Shown: piece after piece, positions 20,672 to 29,023 of the stretch
How positions within the stretch are numbered: position 1 is the first letter of the stretch
How the letters are laid out: each line of letters opens with the position of its first letter
Source of the DNA: an uncultured Alphaproteobacteria bacterium
Lineage (GTDB): Bacteria; Pseudomonadota; Alphaproteobacteria; Rhizobiales; Xanthobacteraceae
Assembly (NCBI GenBank): GCA_963785945.1
Contig: CAWAWU010000004.1
Location: 1,054,989-1,118,988 of the forward strand
Direction of reading: 5' to 3'
Length of the DNA: 64,000 nt
Notes under the pieces: model-generated
The model's input: only the letters and a program-made list of their open reading frames with translations
What the model was told of the DNA's origin: nothing
Database searches by the model: none
Translations under genes and position numbers: made by a program

Positions 20672-21454
20672 ATGCCGATGATCGACGCCGATGGTTGCCT
20701 GCTCAACGTATCCGTCGAAGGCCGCGACGGCGGACCGACCCTGATGCTGTCGAATTCGCTGGGCTGCACCTTGCAGATGTGGGAGCCGCAAATGAAGGCG
20801 CTCACGCAGCTGTTTCGGGTGATCCGCTACGACCGCCGCGGCCACGGCAAATCCGGCGTCCCGCCTGCCCCCTATTCGATGGAGCGCTTCGGCCGCGACG
20901 TGCTCGCGATCCTCGATGATCTCAACATCGAGAAGGTGCATTGGTGCGGGCTGTCGATGGGCGGCATGGTCGGGCAATGGTTGGGGGCCAACGCGCCGGA
21001 GCGTTTTGACCGGATCGTTCTCGCCAACACCGCCTGCTATTACGCCGATCCGACCAACTGGCTCAATCGCATCAAGGCGGTCAAGGAAGGCGGCCTTCCC
21101 GCGATTGCGGACGCCGTGATCGCCGGCTGGCTGACCGCTGATTTTCGCGAGCGCGATCCGCAGACGGCGGCGAAGATGAAGGCGATGCTGCTGGCGACGC
21201 CGGTCGAAGGGTACCTCGCCTGCTGCGAGGCGCTGAGCACGCTCGATCAGCGCGCGTTGTTGCCGAACATCAAGAGCCCGACGCTGGTGATCGCCGGCCG
21301 TCACGACATGGCGACGCCGCTGGCGGCGGGTGAACTGATCCGCAGCCAGATCCCCCGCGCCAGCCTCACGATCCTGGACGCCGCGCATATTTCCAATATC
21401 GAGCAGTCGCACGCGTTCACCGACGCCGTGGTCGGCTTCCTGACGCAACGCTAG
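20672..21454 (+). CDS. pcaD: 3-oxoadipate enol-lactonase
   Basis: LSNSLG, YDRRGHG, GLSMGG nucleophile elbow, AAHISNIE. Confidence 0.93.
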   Translation: MPMIDADGCLLNVSVEGRDGGPTLMLSNSLGCTLQMWEPQMKALTQLFRVIRYDRRGHGKSGVPPAPYSMERFGRDVLAILDDLNIEKVHWCGLSMGGMVGQWLGANAPERFDRIVLANTACYYADPTNWLNRIKAVKEGGLPAIADAVIAGWLTADFRERDPQTAAKMKAMLLATPVEGYLACCEALSTLDQRALLPNIKSPTLVIAGRHDMATPLAAGELIRSQIPRASLTILDAAHISNIEQSHAFTDAVVGFLTQR

Positions 21455-21466
21455 AGGAGACCCGTC

Positions 21467-21859
21467 ATGGACGATCAGAAACGCCGCGACGACGGCATGG
21501 TCCAGCGCCGCAAGGTGCTCGGCAATGCCTGGGTCGACAAGTCGATCACCAACCGAAACGCCTTCAATACCGACTTCCAGGACATGATCACGCGCTATGC
21601 GTGGGGCGAGATCTGGACCCGGCCGCATTTCGACGAGCGCACGCGGCGTGTGCTGGTGATCGGAACGATGGTGGCGCTGGCGCAATGGGACGAGTTTCGC
21701 CTGCACATTCGCGCGGCGCTGACGGAAGGCGGCTTCACGCCCGACGATATCAAGGAAATTCTGTTGCAGCAGGCGATCTATTGCGGCGTGCCCGCCGCCA
21801 ATCACGCCGTCAAGGAAGCCTCAGCGATTATCCAGGAGCTGGGGCTGCTGAAGGGATAG
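21467..21859 (+). CDS. pcaC: 4-carboxymuconolactone decarboxylase
   Basis: G...RRKVLG, AWGEIW.RP, AIYCGVPAAN. Confidence 0.92.
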   Translation: MDDQKRRDDGMVQRRKVLGNAWVDKSITNRNAFNTDFQDMITRYAWGEIWTRPHFDERTRRVLVIGTMVALAQWDEFRLHIRAALTEGGFTPDDIKEILLQQAIYCGVPAANHAVKEASAIIQELGLLKG

Positions 21860-22348
21860 ATCGCTGGCCGGCCGCTGGATCTGCGGCGCGGTCTGAGCGG
21901 GATGCTCGGTCAGCATCACGATCGCGGTGCCGAGCAGCAGCAGCAATTCCGTCGCGTGCAGCCGCAAAGCCGCGGTCTCGCCGACCTGGGACGCCATCAC
22001 CATACTGGCAAAACTGATCACGCTGCCGATCGCAAGCGCGATCGCCAGCGCCTCATCGGCCCCGCCGCGCTTGCGGATGACCGCGCGGATCAGAAAGACC
22101 AGGAAGATCGCAAAGAACGCCACCACCGTCAGCTTGCCCAGCGCCAGCAGCCACGCCGCCCGCACCGTGGCCATCCCGGCCAGTTGCAGATGATCGCTGA
22201 TGAACAAAGCGACCGAAATGTTCGGGCGCTCATAAAAACCGTGGATCGGCGAAAGCATGATCCTGAAGGCGACCATGGTCCAGGTCGGAATGAAATAGGC
22301 TGCGAGCATCGCGCCGCTGAGTGAGCTGATCCGCCAGTTTGCCGACAT
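21821..22348 (-). CDS. Hypothetical membrane protein
   Basis: About four hydrophobic segments; typical codon usage. Confidence 0.7.
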   Translation of the reverse strand: MSANWRISSLSGAMLAAYFIPTWTMVAFRIMLSPIHGFYERPNISVALFISDHLQLAGMATVRAAWLLALGKLTVVAFFAIFLVFLIRAVIRKRGGADEALAIALAIGSVISFASMVMASQVGETAALRLHATELLLLLGTAIVMLTEHPAQTAPQIQRPASDLSLQQPQLLDNR

Positions 22349-22500
22349 GTCGCTTCCCGCTTGTTCCGCGCCATCAGATGGGGCGGCGGATTCGTGCGGC
22401 GAGGTAACGCGCTTAAACAGCGACGGGCAATTTAAACCCTTTGTTTACCTTAATGCGCTCCCTGGGAGAGGGGCCGGCGTATCTTCGAGCTCCGCCAAAC

Positions 22501-22530
22501 AAGAAAAATCCCGCCTTTCGGCGGGACTTT
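22501..22530 (-). terminator. Rho-independent terminator after the Gln-rich small gene
   Basis: Minus strand TCCCGCC-GAAA-GGCGGGA followed by a T-run. Confidence 0.75.
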
Positions 22531-22560
22531 CCTGCTCTCTCGCTTCGATCTCCGCCGGAA

Positions 22561-22722
22561 CTAGCGATCCCGTTGCGGGGTCTGGCCCTGGCGGTTCGGA
22601 TCCTGCTGCTGGCCGGGCTTCTCCTGCTGCTGCTGGCCGGGCTTCGCGCCGCCGCCCTGCTGCTGGCCGGGCTTCTGGCCCGGGTTCTGGTTCTGCTGGC
22701 CGGGCTGGTTCTGGTTGGACAT
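22561..22722 (-). CDS. Small Gln/Pro/Gly-rich disordered protein (53 aa)
   Basis: MSNQNQPGQQ...KPGQQQ repeats; GGGAG RBS; own promoter motif and terminator. Confidence 0.75.
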   Translation of the reverse strand: MSNQNQPGQQNQNPGQKPGQQQGGGAKPGQQQQEKPGQQQDPNRQGQTPQRDR

Positions 22723-22755
22723 CCTGGGTCTCCCTTGTTGAACGCAGTGCATAAC

Positions 22756-22781
22756 AACGCCGGGGTCGCGCGATTGGTTTC
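22756..22781 (-). promoter_or_regulatory. Sigma-EcfG-like promoter
   Basis: GAAAC-N17-CGTT on the minus strand upstream of the Gln-rich gene. Confidence 0.5.
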
Positions 22782-23077
22782 AGGCCCACCCCGGTTCCAC
22801 CTTGATGTTTGCGTGGCATCAACGTGGTGCGACTGAGGCCAGGGAACCACGAAGGAACCGGCAAGGAACTTTGCGACACCCTCCCCTAAACTACCTATGT
22901 ACAACGCCATCTGGCCGCGGCTGGCGCTGTTGCCGCCCAAGGTTCCCACTGTTAGAAAATGGCACGACGCGACGTTCCGGCTGCCGGGAGCCATCGCCGC
23001 GAAATTGTTAAGGCGTGCATTTTCGTTACGGCAAACCGGGGCCACTTTGCCGGAAAATGCTCAAACAGCGGCAGCGC

Positions 23078-23992
23078 ATGGATTATTTCGCCCAGCAAGT
23101 CATCAACGGTATCGTGCTCGGCTCGATCTACGGCCTGATCGCCATCGGCTACACCATGGTCTATGGCATCGTCGGCATGATCAATTTCGCCCATGGCGAC
23201 ATCTTCATGATCGGCGGCTTCATCGCGCTGATTTCGTTCCTGGTGCTGGTCTCGTTCGGCCTGACCGCGGTTCCGGTGATCCTGCTGATCGTGCTGCTGG
23301 TATCGATGGCGATCACCGCGCTCTATGGCTGGACCGTCGAGCGCATCGCGTACCGGCCGTTGCGGCATTCATTCCGCCTGGCGCCGATGCTGTCGGCGAT
23401 CGGCATGTCGTTCGTGCTGTCGAACTATTCGCAGGTGGCGCAGGGCGCGCGGGTCAAACCGGTGCCGCCGATCATCACCGGCGGCTACACGCTGCTCGAT
23501 AGCAACGGTTTCGTGGTGCGGTTGTCGAACGTACAGATCGTCGTCGTCATCACCACCGTCGTGCTGCTGGCGATCTTCACCTGGCTGGTGTCGCGCACCC
23601 GCCTTGGTCGCGACATGCGCGCCTGCGAACAGGACCAGACCATGGCGGCCTTGCTCGGGGTCGATGTCGACCGCACCATCTCGATGACCTTCGTGATCGG
23701 AGCGGCACTCGCCGCCGTCGCAGGCATGATGTACCTGCTCTATTACGGCCTGGTCGATTTCTTCATGGGCTTCGTCGCCGGCATCAAGGCGTTCACCGCG
23801 GCCGTGCTAGGCGGCATCGGCTCGCTGCCCGGCGCGATGCTGGGCGGGCTTTTGATCGGCCTGATCGAAACGCTGTGGTCGGCCTATTTTTCCGTGGAGT
23901 ACAAAGACGTCGCGGCGTTCTCGATCCTGATCGTCGTGCTGATTTTCCTTCCGACCGGCCTGCTCGGCCGGCCCGAAGTCGAAAAAGTCTGA
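23078..23992 (+). CDS. livH: Branched-chain amino acid ABC permease
   Basis: GYTMVYGI..MINFAHG, AFTAAVLGGIG. Confidence 0.95.
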   Translation: MDYFAQQVINGIVLGSIYGLIAIGYTMVYGIVGMINFAHGDIFMIGGFIALISFLVLVSFGLTAVPVILLIVLLVSMAITALYGWTVERIAYRPLRHSFRLAPMLSAIGMSFVLSNYSQVAQGARVKPVPPIITGGYTLLDSNGFVVRLSNVQIVVVITTVVLLAIFTWLVSRTRLGRDMRACEQDQTMAALLGVDVDRTISMTFVIGAALAAVAGMMYLLYYGLVDFFMGFVAGIKAFTAAVLGGIGSLPGAMLGGLLIGLIETLWSAYFSVEYKDVAAFSILIVVLIFLPTGLLGRPEVEKV

Positions 23993-24004
23993 CGGGCAAG
24001 CCGC

Positions 24005-25321
24005 GTGACACCCATCCCGACGCCGGTATCGCGCGCCCCTGGTGCAGCCTTCATCATCAAGAAAGCCCTGATCAGCGCCTTCGTCGCACTGGTGCTGTTT
24101 TCGCTGATGATCGGCGTTCGCACCGAGGCCGGCCCTACCGGCCAACTGATCTACTGGACGCGGTTCGGCGATCTTGCCGCGATGGTCGCGATCGTGTTCG
24201 GCGGCAGCATCGTCGTTGAATTGCTGCGGCAATGGTGGGGACCGGCTGGCACGGTCAGAGTCGTTCCGCCGCAAATGCAATCCGCGCTGGCGACCGCGGG
24301 ACGGCTGGTGGCGCCGCTGCTCCTGATCTTCGCGTTTCTGGTCCCGGTGATCTTCTACAATCAGCGCTACATCCTCGATCTCGGCATTCTCGTGCTGACC
24401 TATGTGATGCTGGGTTGGGGACTAAACGTGGTGGTCGGCCTCGCCGGCCTGCTCGATCTCGGCTATGTCGCGTTCTACGCGGTAGGCGCCTATTCCTACG
24501 CACTGCTGGCGACCAATTTCGACCTGTCGTTCTGGGTCTGCCTGCCGCTTGCCGGAGTCCTCGCCGCGTTCTGGGGCGTGCTGCTGGGCTTTCCCGTGCT
24601 GCGGCTGCGCGGCGACTACCTCGCCATCGTGACGCTCGCGTTTGGCGAGATCATCCGGCTCGTCATCATCAATTGGCAGAGCCTGACCGGAGGCCCGAAC
24701 GGCATCTCCGGGATTCCGCGCCCGACCATGTTCGGCATCCCGCTCACGCCGGGCCCTAACGGCCTCGCCGCCAAACTCGGCATCGAATTCTCGCCGACCC
24801 ATCGCATCGTGTTCCTGTTCTATTTGATCCTGGCGCTGGCGTTGCTGACCAATTGGGTCACGATCCGCTTGCGGCGTCTGCCGATCGGGCGCGCCTGGGA
24901 GGCGCTGCGCGAGGATGAAGTGGCCTGCCGCGCGCTCGGCATCAACATCACCACCACGAAGCTGACGGCGTTCGCGACCGGCGCCATGTTCGGCGGTTTC
25001 GCCGGCGCATTCTTCGCCACACGCCAGGGCTTCATCAGTCCGGAGTCCTTCACCTTCCAGGAATCGGCCCTGGTGCTCGCGATCGTCGTGCTCGGTGGCA
25101 TGGGTTCGCAGCTCGGCGTCGCGCTGGCGGCGCTGACCATGATCGGTGGCTTCGAGCTGTTTCGCGGCCTCGATCAATATCGCATGCTGGTGTTCGGCGT
25201 CGCGATGGTGCTGTTGATGATCTGGCGGCCGCGCGGCCTGATCGGCCATCGCGCGCCGACCGTGTTCCTGCGCCACGCGCAAACGATCTCATCCGACCTC
25301 GTCAAGGAGGGGCATGGATGA
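24005..25321 (+). CDS. livM: Branched-chain amino acid ABC permease
   Basis: GLLDLGYVAFY, LRLRGDYLAIVTL. Confidence 0.95.
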   Translation: MTPIPTPVSRAPGAAFIIKKALISAFVALVLFSLMIGVRTEAGPTGQLIYWTRFGDLAAMVAIVFGGSIVVELLRQWWGPAGTVRVVPPQMQSALATAGRLVAPLLLIFAFLVPVIFYNQRYILDLGILVLTYVMLGWGLNVVVGLAGLLDLGYVAFYAVGAYSYALLATNFDLSFWVCLPLAGVLAAFWGVLLGFPVLRLRGDYLAIVTLAFGEIIRLVIINWQSLTGGPNGISGIPRPTMFGIPLTPGPNGLAAKLGIEFSPTHRIVFLFYLILALALLTNWVTIRLRRLPIGRAWEALREDEVACRALGINITTTKLTAFATGAMFGGFAGAFFATRQGFISPESFTFQESALVLAIVVLGGMGSQLGVALAALTMIGGFELFRGLDQYRMLVFGVAMVLLMIWRPRGLIGHRAPTVFLRHAQTISSDLVKEGHG

Positions 25322-26154
25322 GCGGCGATAGCATTCTTAGCGTCGATCATCTGACCATGCGCTTCGGCGGCATCGTGGCCGTCAACGATCTGTCGTTCAG
25401 CGCGACGCGACGCCAGATCACGGCGTTGATCGGCCCGAACGGCGCCGGCAAGACCACCGTATTCAACTGCATCACCGGTTTCTACAAGCCGACTTCCGGC
25501 AGCCTCCGCCTCACCCATGACAGCGGCGCCGAGTTCCGGCTCGAACGGCTGAACGATTTCCGCATTTCCAAGCAGGCCAAGGTCGCCCGCACCTTCCAGA
25601 ACATCCGTTTGTTTCCCGGCATGACCGCGCTGGAAAATCTGATGGTCGCGCAGCACAACGCGCTGATGCTGGCCTCCGGATTGACCTTTCTCGGCCTGAT
25701 CGGCGCGCCTTCGTGGCGCGCCGCGGAGAAGCGCGCGATCGATCTGGCAAAATTCTGGCTCGACCGCATCGGGCTGCTCGACCGCGCCGATGACGCGGCC
25801 GGCAATCTGCCCTATGGCGACCAGCGCCGGCTCGAAATCGCGCGCGCGATGTGCACCGAACCGGCGTTGCTCTGTCTCGATGAACCTGCCGCCGGGCTGA
25901 ACGCGCGCGAAAGCGCAGGACTGAGCGAGCTGTTGCTCGCGATCCGCGACGGTCAGGGCGCCTCGATCCTGCTGATCGAGCACGACATGTCGGTGGTGAT
26001 GGAGATTTCCGACCGCGTCGTGGTGATGGATTACGGCGTCAGGATCGCCGAAGGCACGCCAAAGGACGTCCGCGACGATCCCAAGGTGATCGCGGCCTAT
26101 CTCGGCGTCGAAGACGAAGAAGTTGCCGCCGTCGAGCAGGAGCTCGGATTGTGA
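25318..26154 (+). CDS. livG: Branched-chain amino acid ABC ATPase
   Basis: GPNGAGKTT, ARTFQNIRLF, LPYG, LDEPAAG. Confidence 0.95.
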   Translation: MSGDSILSVDHLTMRFGGIVAVNDLSFSATRRQITALIGPNGAGKTTVFNCITGFYKPTSGSLRLTHDSGAEFRLERLNDFRISKQAKVARTFQNIRLFPGMTALENLMVAQHNALMLASGLTFLGLIGAPSWRAAEKRAIDLAKFWLDRIGLLDRADDAAGNLPYGDQRRLEIARAMCTEPALLCLDEPAAGLNARESAGLSELLLAIRDGQGASILLIEHDMSVVMEISDRVVVMDYGVRIAEGTPKDVRDDPKVIAAYLGVEDEEVAAVEQELGL

Positions 26155-26885
26155 GCATGCCTTTGCTCGAAATCCGCGGCCTGTACGCCGCCTACGGCAA
26201 GATCGAGGCGCTGAAGGGCGTCGATATCGACATCTCAAGCGGCGAGATTGTCGCGCTGATCGGCGCCAACGGCGCCGGCAAATCGACGCTGATGATGACG
26301 ATTTTCGGCAAGCCGCGCGCACGCTCCGGCCAGATCCTGTTCGATGGCCGCGACATCACCGATCTCGAGACGCACGAGATCGCGCGACTGCGGATCGCGC
26401 AATCGCCGGAAGGCCGGCGGATTTTGCCGCGCATGAGCGTGGCCGAAAACCTGCAGATGGGGGCCGACGCCACCGAGTCCAGCGAGACCGAGCGCGCTAA
26501 TGGCCTTGAGCGCGTCTTCACGCTGTTTCCGCGGCTGAAGGAACGCATGACGCAGCGTGGCGGCACGTTGTCGGGCGGCGAACAACAGATGCTCGCGATC
26601 GGACGCGCGCTGATGAGCCGCCCTCGCCTGTTGATGCTGGACGAGCCTTCGCTCGGCCTTGCGCCCTTGATCGCGCGGCAGATCTTCGATGCGATCCGGA
26701 CCCTGAACCGGCAGGACGGCCTCACGGTGCTGATCGTCGAGCAGAACGCCAATCACGCGCTACGGCTGGCCCATCGCGGCTACGTCATGGTCAACGGCCT
26801 GATTACGCTCTCCGGAACCGGCAGCGAACTGCTGCAGCGGCCGGAAGTGCGCTCGGCCTATCTCGAAGGCGGCCGGCGCGGGTAG
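26151..26885 (+). CDS. livF: Branched-chain amino acid ABC ATPase
   Basis: GANGAGKST, LSGGEQQM, LDEPSLGLAP. Confidence 0.95.
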   Translation: MSMPLLEIRGLYAAYGKIEALKGVDIDISSGEIVALIGANGAGKSTLMMTIFGKPRARSGQILFDGRDITDLETHEIARLRIAQSPEGRRILPRMSVAENLQMGADATESSETERANGLERVFTLFPRLKERMTQRGGTLSGGEQQMLAIGRALMSRPRLLMLDEPSLGLAPLIARQIFDAIRTLNRQDGLTVLIVEQNANHALRLAHRGYVMVNGLITLSGTGSELLQRPEVRSAYLEGGRRG

Positions 26886-27058
26886 CGATCGATCCGGCTC
26901 CAATTTGACGACACGTGACGTACGCGGCGAATAGACCCATGGATTCGCCGCAAAATTGCCGATGACTTCACGACAAAATCAGCCGACAATGGCTTCGATT
27001 TTCGAACCCGGCCGGCCGCCGGGGATTTCCCGTATTGATAGACCCGCGAGGACTTCCC

Positions 27059-28177
27059 ATGAAATCATTCAAGCTCATCGGACTGGCGTTCGGCGCGTCG
27101 CTGGCGCTTTCGACTGCCGCGCTGGCGCAGGACATCACCATCGCGGTGGCGGGCCCGATGACGGGCGGCGAATCCGCATTCGGCCGGCAGATGAGGAACG
27201 GCGCCGAACAGGCGGTGGCCGATATCAATGCCGGCGGCGGCCTGCTCGGCAAGAAGCTGAAGCTGAACATCGAGGATGACGCCTGCGATCCAAAACAGGC
27301 GCGTTCGGTCGCGGAGAAAATTGCGGGAGCCGGTATTCCGTTCGTCGCTGGGCACTATTGCTCGTCGTCGTCGATCCCGGCTTCGGAAGCCTATGCCGAC
27401 GGCAATGTGTTGGAGATCACGCCGGCATCCACGGCGACGAAATTCACCGATCGCAATCTACCGAACGTAGCGCGCATCTGCGGCCGCGATGATCAGCAGG
27501 GGCCGGCCGCAGCGGCTTACATCTCGAAGGCATTCGCCGGAAAGAACGTTGCGATCCTGAACGACAAGACCAGCTACGGTAAGGGCCTCGCCGACGAAAC
27601 CAAAAAGGCGCTCAACGCCGCAGGCTTCACCGAAAAGATGTTCGAATCCTATAACAAGGGCGACAAGGACTTCAACGCGATCGTATCGCGCCTGAAGCGG
27701 GAAAATATCGATCTGGTCTATGTCGGCGGCTATCATCAGGAAGCCGGCCTGATCCTGCGCCAGATGCGGGATCAGGGATTGAAGACGATCTTGATGGCGG
27801 GCGACGCGATGAACGACAAGGAATTCGCCTCGATTACCGGAGCAGCCGCTGAAGGCACCCTGTTCACTTTCGGTCCTGACCCGCGCAATAATCCCGCCGC
27901 GAAATCCATTGTCGAGGAGTTCAAGGCCAAGAACATCGATCCCGAGGGCTACACGCTCTATAGCTACGCCGCGGTGCAGGTGTGGTCGCAGGCCGCGAAG
28001 AAGGTCGGCAGCACCGATCCCGTGAAGGTCATGGCTGCGATCAAGGCGAACGAATGGGACACCGTGATGGGCAAGCTATCGTTCGACGCCAAGGGCGATA
28101 TCAAGCAGAATTCCTATGTCGTTTACAAATGGGACGCCAAGGGCGACTACGCCGAGATCAACCCAAAAGGCTCTTAG
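27059..28177 (+). CDS. livK: Branched-chain amino acid ABC substrate-binding protein
   Basis: Signal peptide; DDACDPKQA, GHYCSS. Confidence 0.93.
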   Translation: MKSFKLIGLAFGASLALSTAALAQDITIAVAGPMTGGESAFGRQMRNGAEQAVADINAGGGLLGKKLKLNIEDDACDPKQARSVAEKIAGAGIPFVAGHYCSSSSIPASEAYADGNVLEITPASTATKFTDRNLPNVARICGRDDQQGPAAAAYISKAFAGKNVAILNDKTSYGKGLADETKKALNAAGFTEKMFESYNKGDKDFNAIVSRLKRENIDLVYVGGYHQEAGLILRQMRDQGLKTILMAGDAMNDKEFASITGAAAEGTLFTFGPDPRNNPAAKSIVEEFKAKNIDPEGYTLYSYAAVQVWSQAAKKVGSTDPVKVMAAIKANEWDTVMGKLSFDAKGDIKQNSYVVYKWDAKGDYAEINPKGS

Positions 28178-28197
28178 AAATTTTCGACCCTGATTTC

Positions 28198-28229
28198 AAA
28201 CGCCCCGGTTCGCCGGGGCGTTTTGTTTT
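28198..28229 (+). terminator. Rho-independent terminator of the liv operon
   Basis: AAACGCCCCGG-TTCG-CCGGGGCGTTTT. Confidence 0.85.
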
Positions 28230-28249
28230 GGCAGCCGGCGGGGCGCCGC

Positions 28250-28376
28250 CTAGAGCAGGATGACTTATCTTCAAATCGTCATCCGGCTCTATCTTTTGTT
28301 TGAGCATGATCTCCGCGCAAACGCTTCGCGTTTGTCGCAGGGAAAACCGGTTTCCACTTTTCCGGATCATGCTCTA
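28250..28376. repeat. CTAG-ended MITE/REP-like element, copy 1
   Basis: TAGAGCA...TGCTCTA terminal inverted repeats; core GGAAAACCGGTTTCCACTTTTCCGGATCATGCTCTA shared with the copies at 34511 and 46517. Confidence 0.85.
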
Positions 28377-28761
28377 AGTAGCCGCCGCCTGCCGTCGCCG
28401 GGAGGACTCTCTGGCAGTTTCGATCGCACGAACCAGATCGTTCGGGCGAAACGGCTTCTGCAGACAGACGACATCGGCGAGTTCTGGCGACTCGGTAACA
28501 AAATCCAGCGTTGTCATTCCCGAAATTGCCACGACCGGCAGGTTCGGGATGCGCTCACGGATCATTCCGATGAGATCGAGCCCGCTGGTGCCCTGCAGAA
28601 AGATATCGACAATCGCGAGATCGAAGCTCGAACTCGTCGATCGCCTTCAACGCCGCCGTAGCACTCTCGGCTTCGACGATCTCGAAATGATGCACCCGCA
28701 GCACGATGGAGATCATCGCCCGCACATCAGCCTGGTCGTCAATAACTATGATACGAGGCAT
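28374..28761 (-). pseudogene. Single-domain response regulator with a 1-nt frameshift
   Basis: MPRIIVIDD...AIDE in one frame; FDLAIVDIFL...VAISG...LQKPF continues in another frame; break near 28630. Confidence 0.75.
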
Positions 28762-29023
28762 CGGCTCACGCGGATCGGCTTCGGACCAGCCTACATCGGA
28801 ACATCCGATTTCGGTCAAGCTATCAGGGCCATTATCCCGCCTGTGAGTAAAAATGCGGTTACCCTTGCCGATTCTCACCGGTCTGATTAAGGATTGTGTA
28901 ACCTTAGGTTGACGCCAACCGAGGCCCGGAAGGCCACGCAATCGCCCGCAACCGGGCCGTACAGCGTGCAATACCTGACATTTCGACGCTGACCGGATAT
29001 AGCGATTCACCGGATGGCCTAAT

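Noticed and set aside
22610-22720. Repeated CTGCTGCTGGCCGGGCTT units as a CRISPR-like array
   Set aside because: They are coding repeats (KPGQQQ) with no regular unique spacers and no cas genes
22441-22836. Leu-rich + strand ORF (LLLAGLLL...)
   Set aside because: Antisense reading of the Gln-rich gene; RBS, promoter and terminator all support the minus strand
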